Part shown: positions 20,993 to 31,098 of the stretch, piece by piece
Layout: each line of letters opens with the position of its first letter
Position numbering within the stretch: the stretch's first letter is position 1
Program-made: the position numbers and the translations under genes
The notes under the pieces: model-generated
Told to the model about the DNA's origin: nothing
What the model saw: only the letters and a program-made list of their open reading frames with translations
The model's database searches: none
Assembly (NCBI GenBank): GCA_963847515.1
Contig: CAWKAA010000007.1
Location: forward strand, 968,952-1,032,951
Length of the DNA stretch: 64,000 nt
Direction of reading: 5' to 3'
Source: Terriglobia bacterium
GTDB lineage: Bacteria; Acidobacteriota; Terriglobia; Bryobacterales; Bryobacteraceae

Positions 20993-21844
20993 TTAGGCCG
21001 CTTCGCCTGATCGCGCCAACCGAACCATCTCCGTCAGCACGCTTCGCGCCTCATCACTATTTCTTACTTCTCGCAAAAAAGCCACTCGCCGGCCATGAAT
21101 TCTGTCGCCGGACTTCAGGCGGAGATGGAAGCCCAGGCGATCGACGGCGGTCATGGCAGCCTCGTCGGCGGCCTCGCCTGCAAAGCGGCGGGCGATCAGA
21201 AGGAGCGCAGCGGCGTGATCTGTATTCATGTGCTGGATGATTCCCGGCGCGACTTCGGCGAGAGGATCGGGAAGAGCGCCTCCGTAGTCCTCGGCTGAGA
21301 TCCATCCCATCACACCAAAGCCTCCGATGAAGTAAACGCCCGAGATCTCCAGCCGATAATACGCAAAGTCGGTATAGTCCTGCCAGTATTTTGCGTTTTC
21401 ATACCGCGAGAGATACAGATCACGAACCTCCGCAGCGGGCGCTTCCGTAACGGAACCCAAAAGGGTCACGCGGGCGGCGCCGAGGGGATCGCCGGAAACA
21501 TCCGGCTGGGTAATGAGCAGGCTGGCGCGCGCATCCTGCTGGAGATTCTGTGTGTGCATCGCCATGGTGCTGATGAAAAAGATTGGACGGCCAAGTTCAT
21601 CGGCGGCATAAGGCATCATGGAGCCGAAGGGGAATCCGGGAAACTTACGTGAATGCGTCGACAGGCTGGCGATGCGGCCGAGAGAGGCAAGCGTGCGGGC
21701 GCGTTCGGCGAGTGAGGGCTCAGGAACGTCTGAAGAAGCGGGACCGGGGCCGGCGTGTTGTCGGGTAGGCACGATTCCATGGTAGCTAAGGCGTTCTCGT
21801 AGAATGGAAGCGCCGGAGGATTTCCGTGGGCCATAACACGCCAA
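20993..21844 (-). CDS. Pyridoxamine 5'-phosphate oxidase-like FMN-binding fold protein with C-terminal DUF2470 (HugZ/GluTRBP-like, putative heme-binding)
   Basis: N-terminal split-barrel segment ARTLASLGRIASLST...GRPIFFISTMAMHTQNL. C-terminal HMNTDHAAALLLIARRF...GFHLRLKSGDRIHGRRVAF. Start codon uncertain. Confidence 0.6.
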   Translation of the reverse strand: MACYGPRKSSGASILRERLSYHGIVPTRQHAGPGPASSDVPEPSLAERARTLASLGRIASLSTHSRKFPGFPFGSMMPYAADELGRPIFFISTMAMHTQNLQQDARASLLITQPDVSGDPLGAARVTLLGSVTEAPAAEVRDLYLSRYENAKYWQDYTDFAYYRLEISGVYFIGGFGVMGWISAEDYGGALPDPLAEVAPGIIQHMNTDHAAALLLIARRFAGEAADEAAMTAVDRLGFHLRLKSGDRIHGRRVAFLREVRNSDEARSVLTEMVRLARSGEAA

Positions 21845-22102
21845 AAGGTCTTCTGAAAGGCTCGAAACTGACGCGCAGCCATACCACCGTCATCGAGGCT
21901 GCCATCCCCGCCGTGAGCGCTGCAAAAGAGTCTCCGCACGTTTCCAAGATTGTCATCGGCGTCATCAAGCCCACGAAAACCGGACAACCGCACATTAAGT
22001 TCACGCCGATCCAAGCCGGGTTGCGGATGCAGGTCCGGGGCAATAGCGCTGTCCAAATTTTCTTTGTCTACACAAGCCGGCCTGATGATGTGATGCGGGA
22101 AA

Positions 22103-23089
22103 TTACGGAGAAGTGGGAGGAGCGTTAAGACGTACTGCGCCCGGGGACGGAAGCCGTTGCGCTAAGAGATTGTAGTCCACCATATGCACGATTAAACCGT
22201 CGGCCGCGGTGTTCTTAGAGTACCCAGCTATCAACTGTTTTTTGTATTCACGTAAGAAGAAACAGAAGAAACCCTTGGTCTGATTGCCTACGATCTCCAG
22301 GTCAGCATCCTCCATGATCAGTTTCCCGAACTTTAGGGCGCCGCCCCTATGGTAAATGTAGGCCTCTGTTTTGAAAGGAGGGAGAAGGAGCGGAGGGTGC
22401 CGGCCGGAATCGAAGATCTGAATGATTTTTCCGCCCCTAACGTTTACCTGAGCTACATGTCCTTCCAAATGCGGAGGCGGAGTGATGCCGCGCGGCGAGA
22501 GGATGATATCATCCCCTTCGATTTTCGCCCCTCGCCCTGCGTTCTCATTCACCAGCTTGGAGAGGTCCGCTCCAAAGAGGTGCAGAAGTCCCTTGAAGGG
22601 TACGTGGGCGGACTTGATCTTTTCGGCGTGCAGGCGGATGTCGCCCTCAGGCGTCGCGGAAACCGGCCCCTCGATTTCGAACGGTACATCTACTCCTTTG
22701 TGGAGGGTACCTTTTTGGCTTAGTCTGGCCCCCTTGATGCTCACTTGGATATTCTTAATAGGCGCTCCGGGGTAAGCGAATACGTAAGAATTTAGCAGCG
22801 CGGAAAGACTTGCGGCAGTGATGGCAACTTCGCCGGTGTCGACCTCGACGACGAAAGAATCGATGTCATCGAAGGCGACCAGTCGATCCGGTTTGGTTCT
22901 CTTGAGGCGACCCCTCAGAGTTCGCACCTCGAGGTCGATATCCGACGCGAGCCTGAAATCAACATTACGCATCTGGATTTCGACCGCGCCTTCCTCGGGT
23001 TTGGCTGCCTTCTGCGCTTTTGCGCCAGTAACTAACACCAGGACAATAAAACCGATAGCTGATGAGGCATTGGCAAGATTCGGTTTCAT
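22103..23089 (-). CDS. Hypothetical exported protein
   Basis: N-terminal signal/anchor MKPNLANASSAIGFIVLVLVTGAKA. ATGA overlap with the upstream FAD oxidoreductase gene. Confidence 0.5.
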   Translation of the reverse strand: MKPNLANASSAIGFIVLVLVTGAKAQKAAKPEEGAVEIQMRNVDFRLASDIDLEVRTLRGRLKRTKPDRLVAFDDIDSFVVEVDTGEVAITAASLSALLNSYVFAYPGAPIKNIQVSIKGARLSQKGTLHKGVDVPFEIEGPVSATPEGDIRLHAEKIKSAHVPFKGLLHLFGADLSKLVNENAGRGAKIEGDDIILSPRGITPPPHLEGHVAQVNVRGGKIIQIFDSGRHPPLLLPPFKTEAYIYHRGGALKFGKLIMEDADLEIVGNQTKGFFCFFLREYKKQLIAGYSKNTAADGLIVHMVDYNLLAQRLPSPGAVRLNAPPTSP

Positions 23090-24123
23090 TGGCGGCTCCA
23101 AGCGGGTGCGTGAGCTCGCGAGGTTCCAATAAAGCTCGCGCGCGTCAAGCGAAATAGTGCCTGAGCAGGAAGGTACGGCACCAACCAGTGGACTTCGGTG
23201 TGGCCGGCGAGTCGACGTAAGACCGAGGAAATGGAGAAGGTACGCCCCAGCAGAGATCTACACGCTTGGATGTACCCCGACTTTGGTATCCGCCGCGCCG
23301 CCGCCAGGCCGGCAAGTCGCCCGGTCAACAGCGCGTTCAAAATCCCGGATCCAGTGAACGGATCGACAAATCCTAACGAGTCGCCGGCCGGGTAGACATC
23401 GGTTCTGAGATCGCAATTCGAGGGAGGTGTAAACGAGAGAGGACCGGTCACCATCCAACGCATGCTCCGTTGGAGAGGACCGAGACGTTCAGCCAAGGGT
23501 TTCGACAGAAGAACGATCTGGTCGAAGTCGAATGCATATCTCTTTAACAGCGACTCGCGTGCGATCCCGCACACGTTAGTCCGGCCGTTTTCGATACAGT
23601 TTACTCCCACATATCCCTGTCCACTAAAGAACAGTTCAACAGCATCATCTGAAGGACCTTCAAAATGAGCCTTAAAGCCGAACAGCCGGTCGACCCGGTC
23701 TGATGCCGGTTTACGTCCGCAAGCCAAGATCACGCGGCCTTCAAAGTGATTAGTTGTCCGGGGATCGAAACTCTGGCCATGCGAGATGATCGCGCCGAGA
23801 GCCCCGGCTTTCTCGAGCAGTAGGCGGTCCAGCTGTAACCGGCTCAATCCCCAGGCACACTCCGGAAGCTTCCACTGCTTAGAGCGATCCCCAAGGTGCA
23901 GAACGCATCTCCGGATCCGGCTCGGCCCGAGCACGCCGAAGTCGTGCCAGACCTGCAGCGCTTCTAACAATTCCGCCGCATCGGGAGAAATAAATTCCCC
24001 GCACACCTTGTGCCGGAGCGTTGTGGACCGCTCGATCAGCCGTACAGGAGCTCCCTCCAGCCGTGCGGCGATTGCCGCCGCTGCTCCGGCTGGGCCGCCA
24101 CCCGCGATGAGAATCTTCTCCAT
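23086..24123 (-). CDS. FAD-dependent oxidoreductase (geranylgeranyl reductase-like / NAD(P)/FAD-binding)
   Basis: Dinucleotide-binding N-terminus MEKILIAGGGPAGAAAAIAARLEGAPVRLIERS and GD motif region VYPAGDSLGFVDPFTGSGI. Confidence 0.75.
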   Translation of the reverse strand: MEKILIAGGGPAGAAAAIAARLEGAPVRLIERSTTLRHKVCGEFISPDAAELLEALQVWHDFGVLGPSRIRRCVLHLGDRSKQWKLPECAWGLSRLQLDRLLLEKAGALGAIISHGQSFDPRTTNHFEGRVILACGRKPASDRVDRLFGFKAHFEGPSDDAVELFFSGQGYVGVNCIENGRTNVCGIARESLLKRYAFDFDQIVLLSKPLAERLGPLQRSMRWMVTGPLSFTPPSNCDLRTDVYPAGDSLGFVDPFTGSGILNALLTGRLAGLAAARRIPKSGYIQACRSLLGRTFSISSVLRRLAGHTEVHWLVPYLPAQALFRLTRASFIGTSRAHAPAWSRQ

Positions 24124-24266
24124 TGCCGGCCCCTAACTCTATTGTCGGCATCTTTCGTCTCGTGGATGAATACGGACGTGGACCGGATCATACATATCCG
24201 GCTCATGGGGTGTGTTTACGACTGTTAATTGGCCCGGATACCCTCGTTTGCCTATAATTCAGGCGG

Positions 24267-24917
24267 GTGAAGAGAGAAAACGAAACAGAGATCCTGGATT
24301 CGGACGGCGTTCCGGACGAATTGGTGAAGCGCGCCTTCCGGGATCTCGCCAGGATCCATCGGTGGCTGGGCGATACCCAGTTCGTGATTCGTGCAATCCG
24401 CGAGGATCCTATGCCCGTTCGCCGAATCGTGGATGTGGGCTGTGGTACGGGCCTGGTGCTGGAAAACGTCCGGCGCAAGCTTGGCGTCGAGGCCGTGGGC
24501 GTCGATGTGAATCCGCGGCGGTCCATTAGCACAGCCATCCCCAGATACCAGGCCGATGCAGTCCGGGACTCGCTGCCGTCCGCGGATGTGGCGTTCAGTA
24601 TGCACCTGGGCCATCACCTTTCGGAGGAAAATCTAGTGGATCTGATCCGGAACGTAGGCAAGTTCTACCGCCGGTTTATCCTGCTGGATCTGGTTCGGCA
24701 CCCGTTGCCGCTTGCACTCTTCCGTCTCTTCGTAGCACCTTTTGTGTGCCGGATTGTTGTTGTGGATGGGCAAACATCAATCCGGCGTTCATACACACCG
24801 GCTGAGCTTCATAGGATCGCGGGTTCTGCATTAGCCGGCTCGCGCGGCACTTTCCGGCAGTCCGTCGCACCCCTTTACGCCCGGCAGGTTGTCGACATTC
24901 TCTACAACCACAGTTGA
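24267..24917 (+). CDS. Class I SAM-dependent methyltransferase
   Basis: VDVGCGTGLV (motif I) and the downstream acidic motif. Divergent from the FAD oxidoreductase operon. Confidence 0.7.
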   Translation: MKRENETEILDSDGVPDELVKRAFRDLARIHRWLGDTQFVIRAIREDPMPVRRIVDVGCGTGLVLENVRRKLGVEAVGVDVNPRRSISTAIPRYQADAVRDSLPSADVAFSMHLGHHLSEENLVDLIRNVGKFYRRFILLDLVRHPLPLALFRLFVAPFVCRIVVVDGQTSIRRSYTPAELHRIAGSALAGSRGTFRQSVAPLYARQVVDILYNHS

Positions 24918-24992
24918 GCTTTTCGAAGGTGTCTGCCGTTCTGTCGCTGCTGGTTCGATAGAAAGCGCAGGTCCCCGGCCTGACCCGCCGTG

Positions 24993-25784
24993 CTACAACT
25001 TGTCTACGACCACGACGCTCCAGCCGTTCTTGGCGCGCGACTCGCGCAGGGTCGCGCCGCTCGCGGAGAGAGCCGCTGCCACGCTGCCAACTTCCGGCTG
25101 CTCGAAGCCGCTCACAATCGCGATGCCACCTGCTCGCAGCGTACGCATGAGTTCGGGCGCCAGCGCGATGACGGCTTCGGGGCTGATATTGGCGACCACA
25201 ACGTCGATACTCTCACTGCGCACCGCGTCGGCCGTCCCGACAAAGCATAGCGGCTGCCGGGCGAGTTCCACGGCTACGGGGTCGATATCGCAGGCGATCA
25301 CACGCTTCGCACCCAGCAGCGCCGCGGCTCGGGAAAGAATCCCTGAGCCTGTTCCCACGTCGAGCACCATCATTCCCGGCTTCAGCTCGCGTTCGAGAGC
25401 CTCCAGGCACAACTGGGTGGATTCGTGGGCGCCCGTGCCAAAGGCCATTCCTGGATTGACTTCGATGCGGAGCCGGCCGGGCGGCGTAGGATCGTCGCGC
25501 CATGCGGGCACCAGGAAGAACCGCGCGCCCACGCATTGCGGGTCGAGCCGGCTTCTGGCTACGGCCACCCAGTCGCGCGGCTCTTCATGCTGACATCGCG
25601 CCGACCAACCGGAAAATTCGCCCGCCAACCCCTGCGCCTGGTTGTCCCGGTCAAAGAACGCACGCAGGCCGCAGCCTCCGCCGGGAAGATCGGATTCCGT
25701 GATGCCGCTCGACCCGCGATCCCACAATTCGGCGATGAGCAGGTATTTTTCCTGTTGCCGGCATTCCAGATACAGAGAGAACAT
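24993..25784 (-). CDS. prmA: Ribosomal protein L11 methyltransferase PrmA
   Basis: PrmA core FFLVPAWRDDPTPPGRLRIEVNPGMAFGTGAHESTQLCLEALE...VLDVGTGSGILS. Confidence 0.8.
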   Translation of the reverse strand: MFSLYLECRQQEKYLLIAELWDRGSSGITESDLPGGGCGLRAFFDRDNQAQGLAGEFSGWSARCQHEEPRDWVAVARSRLDPQCVGARFFLVPAWRDDPTPPGRLRIEVNPGMAFGTGAHESTQLCLEALERELKPGMMVLDVGTGSGILSRAAALLGAKRVIACDIDPVAVELARQPLCFVGTADAVRSESIDVVVANISPEAVIALAPELMRTLRAGGIAIVSGFEQPEVGSVAAALSASGATLRESRAKNGWSVVVVDKL

Positions 25785-25793
25785 GGTTGGCGG

Positions 25794-26609
25794 ATGAAAC
25801 TTCAGGGAATCTTCGCCGACATCACAACTCCATTCGACCACAAAGGAGACATTTACAAAGCTAAAGTTCAGCACAACGTCGAGAAATGGAACCGGACCAC
25901 GCTGGCTGGGTACGTCGTATGCGGCGCGGCGGGCGAAGGGGCTTTGCTAAGCGCCGAAGAAAAAGTGGCGGTCTGGGAGATGGTGGTGAAGCACGCTTCC
26001 GAGGACAAGCTGTTGATCGCTGCCTCCGCCGCGCCCGGCGTTCGCGAAACCGTTTGGCTCAGCAACCGCGCGGCCGACTTGGGCTACAAGGCCGCGTTCA
26101 TCGATTCACCACACCACCGTCCGGAAACGGCTTCCCTGTATTTCCGTTCGGTGGCGGATGACTCTAGGATTCCGCTGATCCTGGCGGGTGGGGCGCCGGA
26201 TTTGGAGGCATCCGCCGCGCAACATCTGAACGTGATCGCCGTTTGTGATAGGCAGGGCCGCACGGCGCATCCGGGCGTGCAGGTACTGGTCAGTTCCGCA
26301 GGTCATTTGTGGCCTGCTTTGCAATCCGGCGCTTCCGGAGCCATTCTCGACTTCGCCGCCGCCGCACCCTATGCGGCCATTTCCATTTGGGAAGCGCATC
26401 GGACGCGTGAAGAGGAGGCGGGCATCGAATTGCAAAACCGCATCCGGCGCGCGGCTGAATTGATCGGCGAATCTTTCGGCGTTTCTGGCCTGAAACACGC
26501 CATGGACCTGAATGCTTACTACGGCGGGCCGCCGCGCCTGCCGTTTGTAGTACCCGCGTCCGACGTGCGGCGCGAAATTGAAGAAGCATTCCGGGAGTTG
26601 AAGGGCTGA
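25794..26609 (+). CDS. Dihydrodipicolinate synthase/N-acetylneuraminate lyase family (DapA-like) class I aldolase
   Basis: ATG only 9 bp from the divergent prmA start. GIFADITTPFDHKGDIYKAKVQHNVEKW...GYVVCGAAGEG pattern of DapA family. Confidence 0.65.
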   Translation: MKLQGIFADITTPFDHKGDIYKAKVQHNVEKWNRTTLAGYVVCGAAGEGALLSAEEKVAVWEMVVKHASEDKLLIAASAAPGVRETVWLSNRAADLGYKAAFIDSPHHRPETASLYFRSVADDSRIPLILAGGAPDLEASAAQHLNVIAVCDRQGRTAHPGVQVLVSSAGHLWPALQSGASGAILDFAAAAPYAAISIWEAHRTREEEAGIELQNRIRRAAELIGESFGVSGLKHAMDLNAYYGGPPRLPFVVPASDVRREIEEAFRELKG

Positions 26610-26610
26610 C

Positions 26611-27120
26611 TCACCGTCCGGCGAGGCGCAGCACCATGTGTTCCTCGTCGACGTAAAACTCCCCCACGCGCAAGGCGTGGCGTTCGCAGCCGAAAGATTC
26701 AAAGCCGAGCGACAAATAGAGCTTTACGGCGGCCGTCTGTCCCGTGGCCACCGTCAACTTGATCTGCTCGAGACCCGGTTGTTCCGCGGCTTTTCGCAGC
26801 AGTTCGACTAGAAGTTTTCTGCCAACGCGGTTTCCTCGCCACTTTTCGGACACATAGACGCCCCAGATGAAACCCTTGTGCCTGGATTTTTCTTGTTGCT
26901 CGCGAACGAAGCCTGCCGTTCCGATCAGTTGCCCATCCGCCAACGCGCCCACCACGAAGCTGTTATCCGTGGGCCGCAGACGCCGCCGCACCTCATCCAT
27001 GGTGGTCGACCGGAATTCTGCGGCTGAGGAGCCGAAGGCATACAGCTCTTTCTCGAGCGCTTCGAGGCGCAGCGGCCAAAAAGCTTCTGCGTCATGCTCG
27101 GTCAGAACGCGGATATCCAT
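26611..27120 (-). CDS. GNAT family N-acetyltransferase
   Basis: Acetyl-CoA binding motif GVYVSEKWRGNRVGRKLLVEL. Confidence 0.8.
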   Translation of the reverse strand: MDIRVLTEHDAEAFWPLRLEALEKELYAFGSSAAEFRSTTMDEVRRRLRPTDNSFVVGALADGQLIGTAGFVREQQEKSRHKGFIWGVYVSEKWRGNRVGRKLLVELLRKAAEQPGLEQIKLTVATGQTAAVKLYLSLGFESFGCERHALRVGEFYVDEEHMVLRLAGR

Positions 27121-27128
27121 GCACCGTT

Positions 27129-28064
27129 TCAAGCGCCGGTTTTCAAAAACGTCCGGATTCGCTCGATCACGAGCGCAGGCTTCTCGTGCACCACCCAGTG
27201 CGAGCCGTCGGGAATGCGCTCGATCGTCAGCGGTTTGACAAACTGATCGAGCCCCTCGAGATTGCCGGTGAGCAGCGCCGTATCTTTCTCGCCCCAGATG
27301 ACCAGCGTAGGCGTAGTGATCAGTGCCAGCGGCTGGATCGCGGGAGCCTTGGCCGCCTCTCCCGTCGGCGCGCCTACGGGCGAGCTCAACCGGGACGCGC
27401 GATAAAAGTTCAAGCCTCCGGTCAGCCCTCCCGGCTGGTTCCAGGCTGCCAGGTACTGCTTTTGGTCTTCTTCATTGAGCACCGAACCAAACGCCTGCAG
27501 CATGCCCGCATAGTTGTTCGCGCTAAGAATCTGCTCTGCCTGCGGCGATGTAAATAGGTTGAAATACTCGCTCGCCTTTTGCTGGGCCGGATTGTTCGCG
27601 AGTTCACGAGCAAACACCGTGGGATGCGGTGCGTTAATGATGACGAGTTTGTCGAGCATCTCCGGATGCTGCGCGGCGAAGGCCCACGCAATCACACCGC
27701 CCCAATCGTGTCCCACCAGGATGAATTTCTTGGCCTTCAGACTCTCCGCCAGAGCGCGCACATCTTCAACAATAATTGGAACGCGGTAAGCGTCGACTGG
27801 TTCCGGTTTCGCAGACAGGTTGTACCCGCGCATGTCCAGCGCCACGGCGTGGTGGTCGCGGCCAAAATCGGTGAGCAGATCCCGCCACGCGTACCAGAAC
27901 TCGGGGAAGCCGTGCAGAAAAAGAATCACCTGGCCTTTGCCTTCTTCCACGTAATGCAGACGGACGCCATTTACTTCGGCATAACGATCTTTCCACGCAG
28001 GTTTGTCCGCTGCCATCAGAACTGTGCAGGCCAGCATGGCGCTACAGCTTATCCAGAATCGCAT
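27129..28064 (-). CDS. Secreted alpha/beta hydrolase (epoxide hydrolase-like)
   Basis: Signal peptide. HGFPEFWYAWR...GHDWGG nucleophile motif. Confidence 0.8.
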   Translation of the reverse strand: MRFWISCSAMLACTVLMAADKPAWKDRYAEVNGVRLHYVEEGKGQVILFLHGFPEFWYAWRDLLTDFGRDHHAVALDMRGYNLSAKPEPVDAYRVPIIVEDVRALAESLKAKKFILVGHDWGGVIAWAFAAQHPEMLDKLVIINAPHPTVFARELANNPAQQKASEYFNLFTSPQAEQILSANNYAGMLQAFGSVLNEEDQKQYLAAWNQPGGLTGGLNFYRASRLSSPVGAPTGEAAKAPAIQPLALITTPTLVIWGEKDTALLTGNLEGLDQFVKPLTIERIPDGSHWVVHEKPALVIERIRTFLKTGA

Positions 28065-29103
28065 CGGTCACCTCCACCGTTGAACTCTTGCCTCCCAGAT
28101 CGGGCGTCCTCGCCCGGCCTTCCGCAAGTACATCGGCTACCGCACGCTCCACCTGCCGCGCGGCGCCGCTGGCGCCCAGATGATCGAGCATCATGGCCGC
28201 GCTCAGGATCGTGGCTAGCGGATTCACGACGCCCTTGCCCGCGATGTCCGGCGCCGAACCATGCACCGGCTCGAACATCGACGGATACCGTCGCAGCGGG
28301 TCGAGATTTGCGCTCGCCGCCAGACCCATGCTGCCGATGATGATGGCCGAAATATCGCTGAGGATGTCGCCGAACAGATTCGAGGCCACCACAACATCGA
28401 AGCTCTCCGGCCGGCGGATGAAATTCATCGCCGCCGCGTCCACCAGCAGCGATTCCGTCGATATATCCGGGAACTCCGCGGCGACGCTCGCGAACGCGCG
28501 GTCCCAAAGGACCATGCCGAAGCCTTGCGCGTTAGACTTTGTAACGGATGTCACGCGTTTCTTGCCGGCGCGCCGTCGTGCCAACTCGAAGGCAAAGCGC
28601 ACAATCCGGTCGACGCCGCGCCGCGTAAAAACGCTGGTCTGCACCGCGACTTCTTCCGGCTGCTCGTGATAGACGAAACCGCCAACTTGCGCGTATTCGC
28701 CTTCGGTGTTCTCGCGTACCACGACGAGATCGATCTGTTCCCCTTTGCGGAGCGCCAGCGGCGATTCGACGCCCCGATAGAGCACTGCGGGCCGGACGTT
28801 CGCGTACTGATCGAACGCGCGGCGGATGGGCAGCAGCAAGCCATTGAGCGTGACGTGATCGGGAACCTTGGGATGGCCCACGGCGCCCAGCAGGATGGCG
28901 TCGGCCGGGCGCAGCAGATCGATAGCTTCCGCCGGCATCATGCGCCCGTGACGAAAATAATGCTCGGATCCCCAGTCGAAGTCGTAGTAGTCGAGCTTGA
29001 ACTGATGCAGCAGGCCGGCCCGGTCGAGCACGCGCTTGGCCTGCGGGATTACCTCCATCCCCACGCCATCGCCCGCGATCACCGCAATGTGAAACGTCTG
29101 CAT
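28042..29103 (-). CDS. Tartrate dehydrogenase/decarboxylase or D-malate/3-isopropylmalate dehydrogenase family enzyme
   Basis: Isocitrate/isopropylmalate dehydrogenase fold motifs IAVIAGDGVGMEV, VRENTEGEY, NLFGDILSD. Confidence 0.8.
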   Translation of the reverse strand: MQTFHIAVIAGDGVGMEVIPQAKRVLDRAGLLHQFKLDYYDFDWGSEHYFRHGRMMPAEAIDLLRPADAILLGAVGHPKVPDHVTLNGLLLPIRRAFDQYANVRPAVLYRGVESPLALRKGEQIDLVVVRENTEGEYAQVGGFVYHEQPEEVAVQTSVFTRRGVDRIVRFAFELARRRAGKKRVTSVTKSNAQGFGMVLWDRAFASVAAEFPDISTESLLVDAAAMNFIRRPESFDVVVASNLFGDILSDISAIIIGSMGLAASANLDPLRRYPSMFEPVHGSAPDIAGKGVVNPLATILSAAMMLDHLGASGAARQVERAVADVLAEGRARTPDLGGKSSTVEVTDAILDKL

Positions 29104-29199
29104 GGAATTTTCAATGGTAACGCAGGAATCCTGAGATGAGGGTTTTGTTTGAGTAACGACACTTTTACTTGGCGGAGGAGCCAGAGCGATTCTGTCAAT

Positions 29200-30333
29200 C
29201 TATCGCGCGATCCGCAGTAACACGACGCCGTGTATCGGCACCTGTGCCGAGTAGGCATCGCGGAACGACCCCAGATCCTGGTGTGCCCAAAGGTCCCGTA
29301 TCTTGTGTTTGCCCTTGAGGCCCAAAAGCTCCCAGAGCGCTGAAACCGAAACCATCGCCTCGCTGCGATTGAAAAGCGCCACCGCCAGGTCGCCATTTTC
29401 CAGCGGCCTCATCCACATCTCCGCTCCGGCTTCTTTGGAAACACGCCGCCCCTGCCGGCCCAGCTTGTCCTGATCGATCGCAATCACTTCCTTATTCAGC
29501 AGGATCTCTTTCGTCGCCGGGCTCATGTCCCGCAGGTCATTGCCCGCAAGCAGGGGCGCAGCCAGCATGGCCCACAAGCTCATGTGCGTGCGGTATTCGG
29601 GCCCGCTCATGCCGCCGTTTCCGATCTCGAGCATGTCCGGGTCGTTCCAGTGTCCCGGCCCGGCATACCTATCGTGGCCCACCTGCTTGTCGAAGCCGAT
29701 GGTCGACATGCTCTTCCAGTTGTCTTCGATATCGCCAGTGGTGCGCCACAGATTGCCGCCCACCGACGCGCCCCACTCCCAGACATTCTGCAGGCCGTAC
29801 TGACACAAGCTGTATACCATCGGACGGCCGGTCGCCTTCAGCGCATCGCCCATCTTCTGGTAAACGGCCTGCATGTCAGCAGGCTTGTAAACTTTCTCGG
29901 CGCTGCACCAGTCGTACTTCAAATAGTCGACGCCCCAGGCCGCCCACGTCTTCGCGTCCTGCTCTTCGTGTTGATAACTTCCTTCATAGCCCGCGCAAGT
30001 CTTCGGTCCCGGTGAAGAGTAGATGCCAATTTTGAGGCCCTTGCTATGGACGTAGTCGGCCAGCGCTTTCATGTCGGGAAACTTGCTGTTGGTTTGAATA
30101 TTTCCCTGAGCGTCGCGACCCGCTTCCCAAGTGTCATCGATGTTGACATACACATAGCCCGCGTCCTTCATGCCGTTTGACGCCATGGCGTCGGCCATTT
30201 CCCGGACCGCCTTGTCATCGACCTTCTCGGCGAATTTGTTCCAACTGTTCCAGCCCATCGGGGGAGTTAACGCCAGATCGGCCGCGGAGCAGACCGGGGC
30301 AAGAAGGAGCGCAAGCAGGAAGAATCGTTTCAT
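29200..30333 (-). CDS. Alpha-galactosidase, glycoside hydrolase family 27 (secreted)
   Basis: Signal peptide MKRFFLLALLLAPVCSA. GH27 motifs PPMGWNSWN, YVNIDDTW, LKYDWC. Confidence 0.85.
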   Translation of the reverse strand: MKRFFLLALLLAPVCSAADLALTPPMGWNSWNKFAEKVDDKAVREMADAMASNGMKDAGYVYVNIDDTWEAGRDAQGNIQTNSKFPDMKALADYVHSKGLKIGIYSSPGPKTCAGYEGSYQHEEQDAKTWAAWGVDYLKYDWCSAEKVYKPADMQAVYQKMGDALKATGRPMVYSLCQYGLQNVWEWGASVGGNLWRTTGDIEDNWKSMSTIGFDKQVGHDRYAGPGHWNDPDMLEIGNGGMSGPEYRTHMSLWAMLAAPLLAGNDLRDMSPATKEILLNKEVIAIDQDKLGRQGRRVSKEAGAEMWMRPLENGDLAVALFNRSEAMVSVSALWELLGLKGKHKIRDLWAHQDLGSFRDAYSAQVPIHGVVLLRIAR

Positions 30334-30382
30334 GTCAATCATCGAGTGTATTGCATTTTGTATTGGATCAGTACAGCGGCCG

Positions 30383-30907
30383 TCAGGAGGCGATTTGCTT
30401 TAGCAGGTCAACCGGAACGCTCGGGCGAAGGTGCGGATGCTTTTCAATTAAGCGCGCGATATCCAGGATATCTTTCTGCCGTTTTGTGGCGCGGCGCGTG
30501 GGATCGCTTGCGGCCCAAATCTTTCCCTGTAGCAGATCGCCGAGGGCCGCCACGGACAACTCCAATCCGAGTACCTCGCGCCGCTCGGCCCGGTCAGGGA
30601 AATCCAGGTATTTGGGGTCCGTCCGGATCTGCACACGCAGCTGGGAGCCGGCGGTCGAAACATTCAGGCTATGCGGAAATTCCTCGACTACAAACTGAGC
30701 CGACAGGATAGGCGTCAGTTGTTCGAGGTCTCTCGCTGCAATCACCAGATCGAGATCCAAACTAACCAGAGGTTCCGCATACGCGTTCACCGCCTGCCCC
30801 CCGATTACGCAGTATTTCGCTTTGTGCTCGTCGAGTAACCGAATCAGCGATTCGAGCAAATTGGCGTGATCCACGGTAACGGCTTTCCAGAACTCGAGCG
30901 CTTGCAT
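30383..30907 (-). CDS. Minimal nucleotidyltransferase-fold protein (MNT/AbiEii-like)
   Basis: GG..A..Y......S.D.D pattern in YCVIGGQAVNAYAEPLVSLDLDLVI. No partner HEPN/antitoxin gene seen. Confidence 0.45.
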   Translation of the reverse strand: MQALEFWKAVTVDHANLLESLIRLLDEHKAKYCVIGGQAVNAYAEPLVSLDLDLVIAARDLEQLTPILSAQFVVEEFPHSLNVSTAGSQLRVQIRTDPKYLDFPDRAERREVLGLELSVAALGDLLQGKIWAASDPTRRATKRQKDILDIARLIEKHPHLRPSVPVDLLKQIAS

Positions 30908-31098
30908 GGCGTGCTCTGTTGCAATTGTATCGAGTTCCTTAAAGTTACGTTAAAAATCTTGCTTCATCGAACTGCTCCGGCGATACTGTTGCGGGAGGTA
31001 AATCGTCAATGATCGCCAATAGCCGAGGATTCCAACACCTCGCTGGTGCGGCTTCGCTGAACTACCGTATGCCGGCGATCGGAGACGCCTTCCCGCTT

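Noticed and set aside
21826-22128. 100-aa plus-strand ORF in the 260-bp gap between two minus-strand genes
   Set aside because: No SD, no recognisable motif, partly overlaps the PNPOx-like gene start region. Kept only as a possibility, not a feature.
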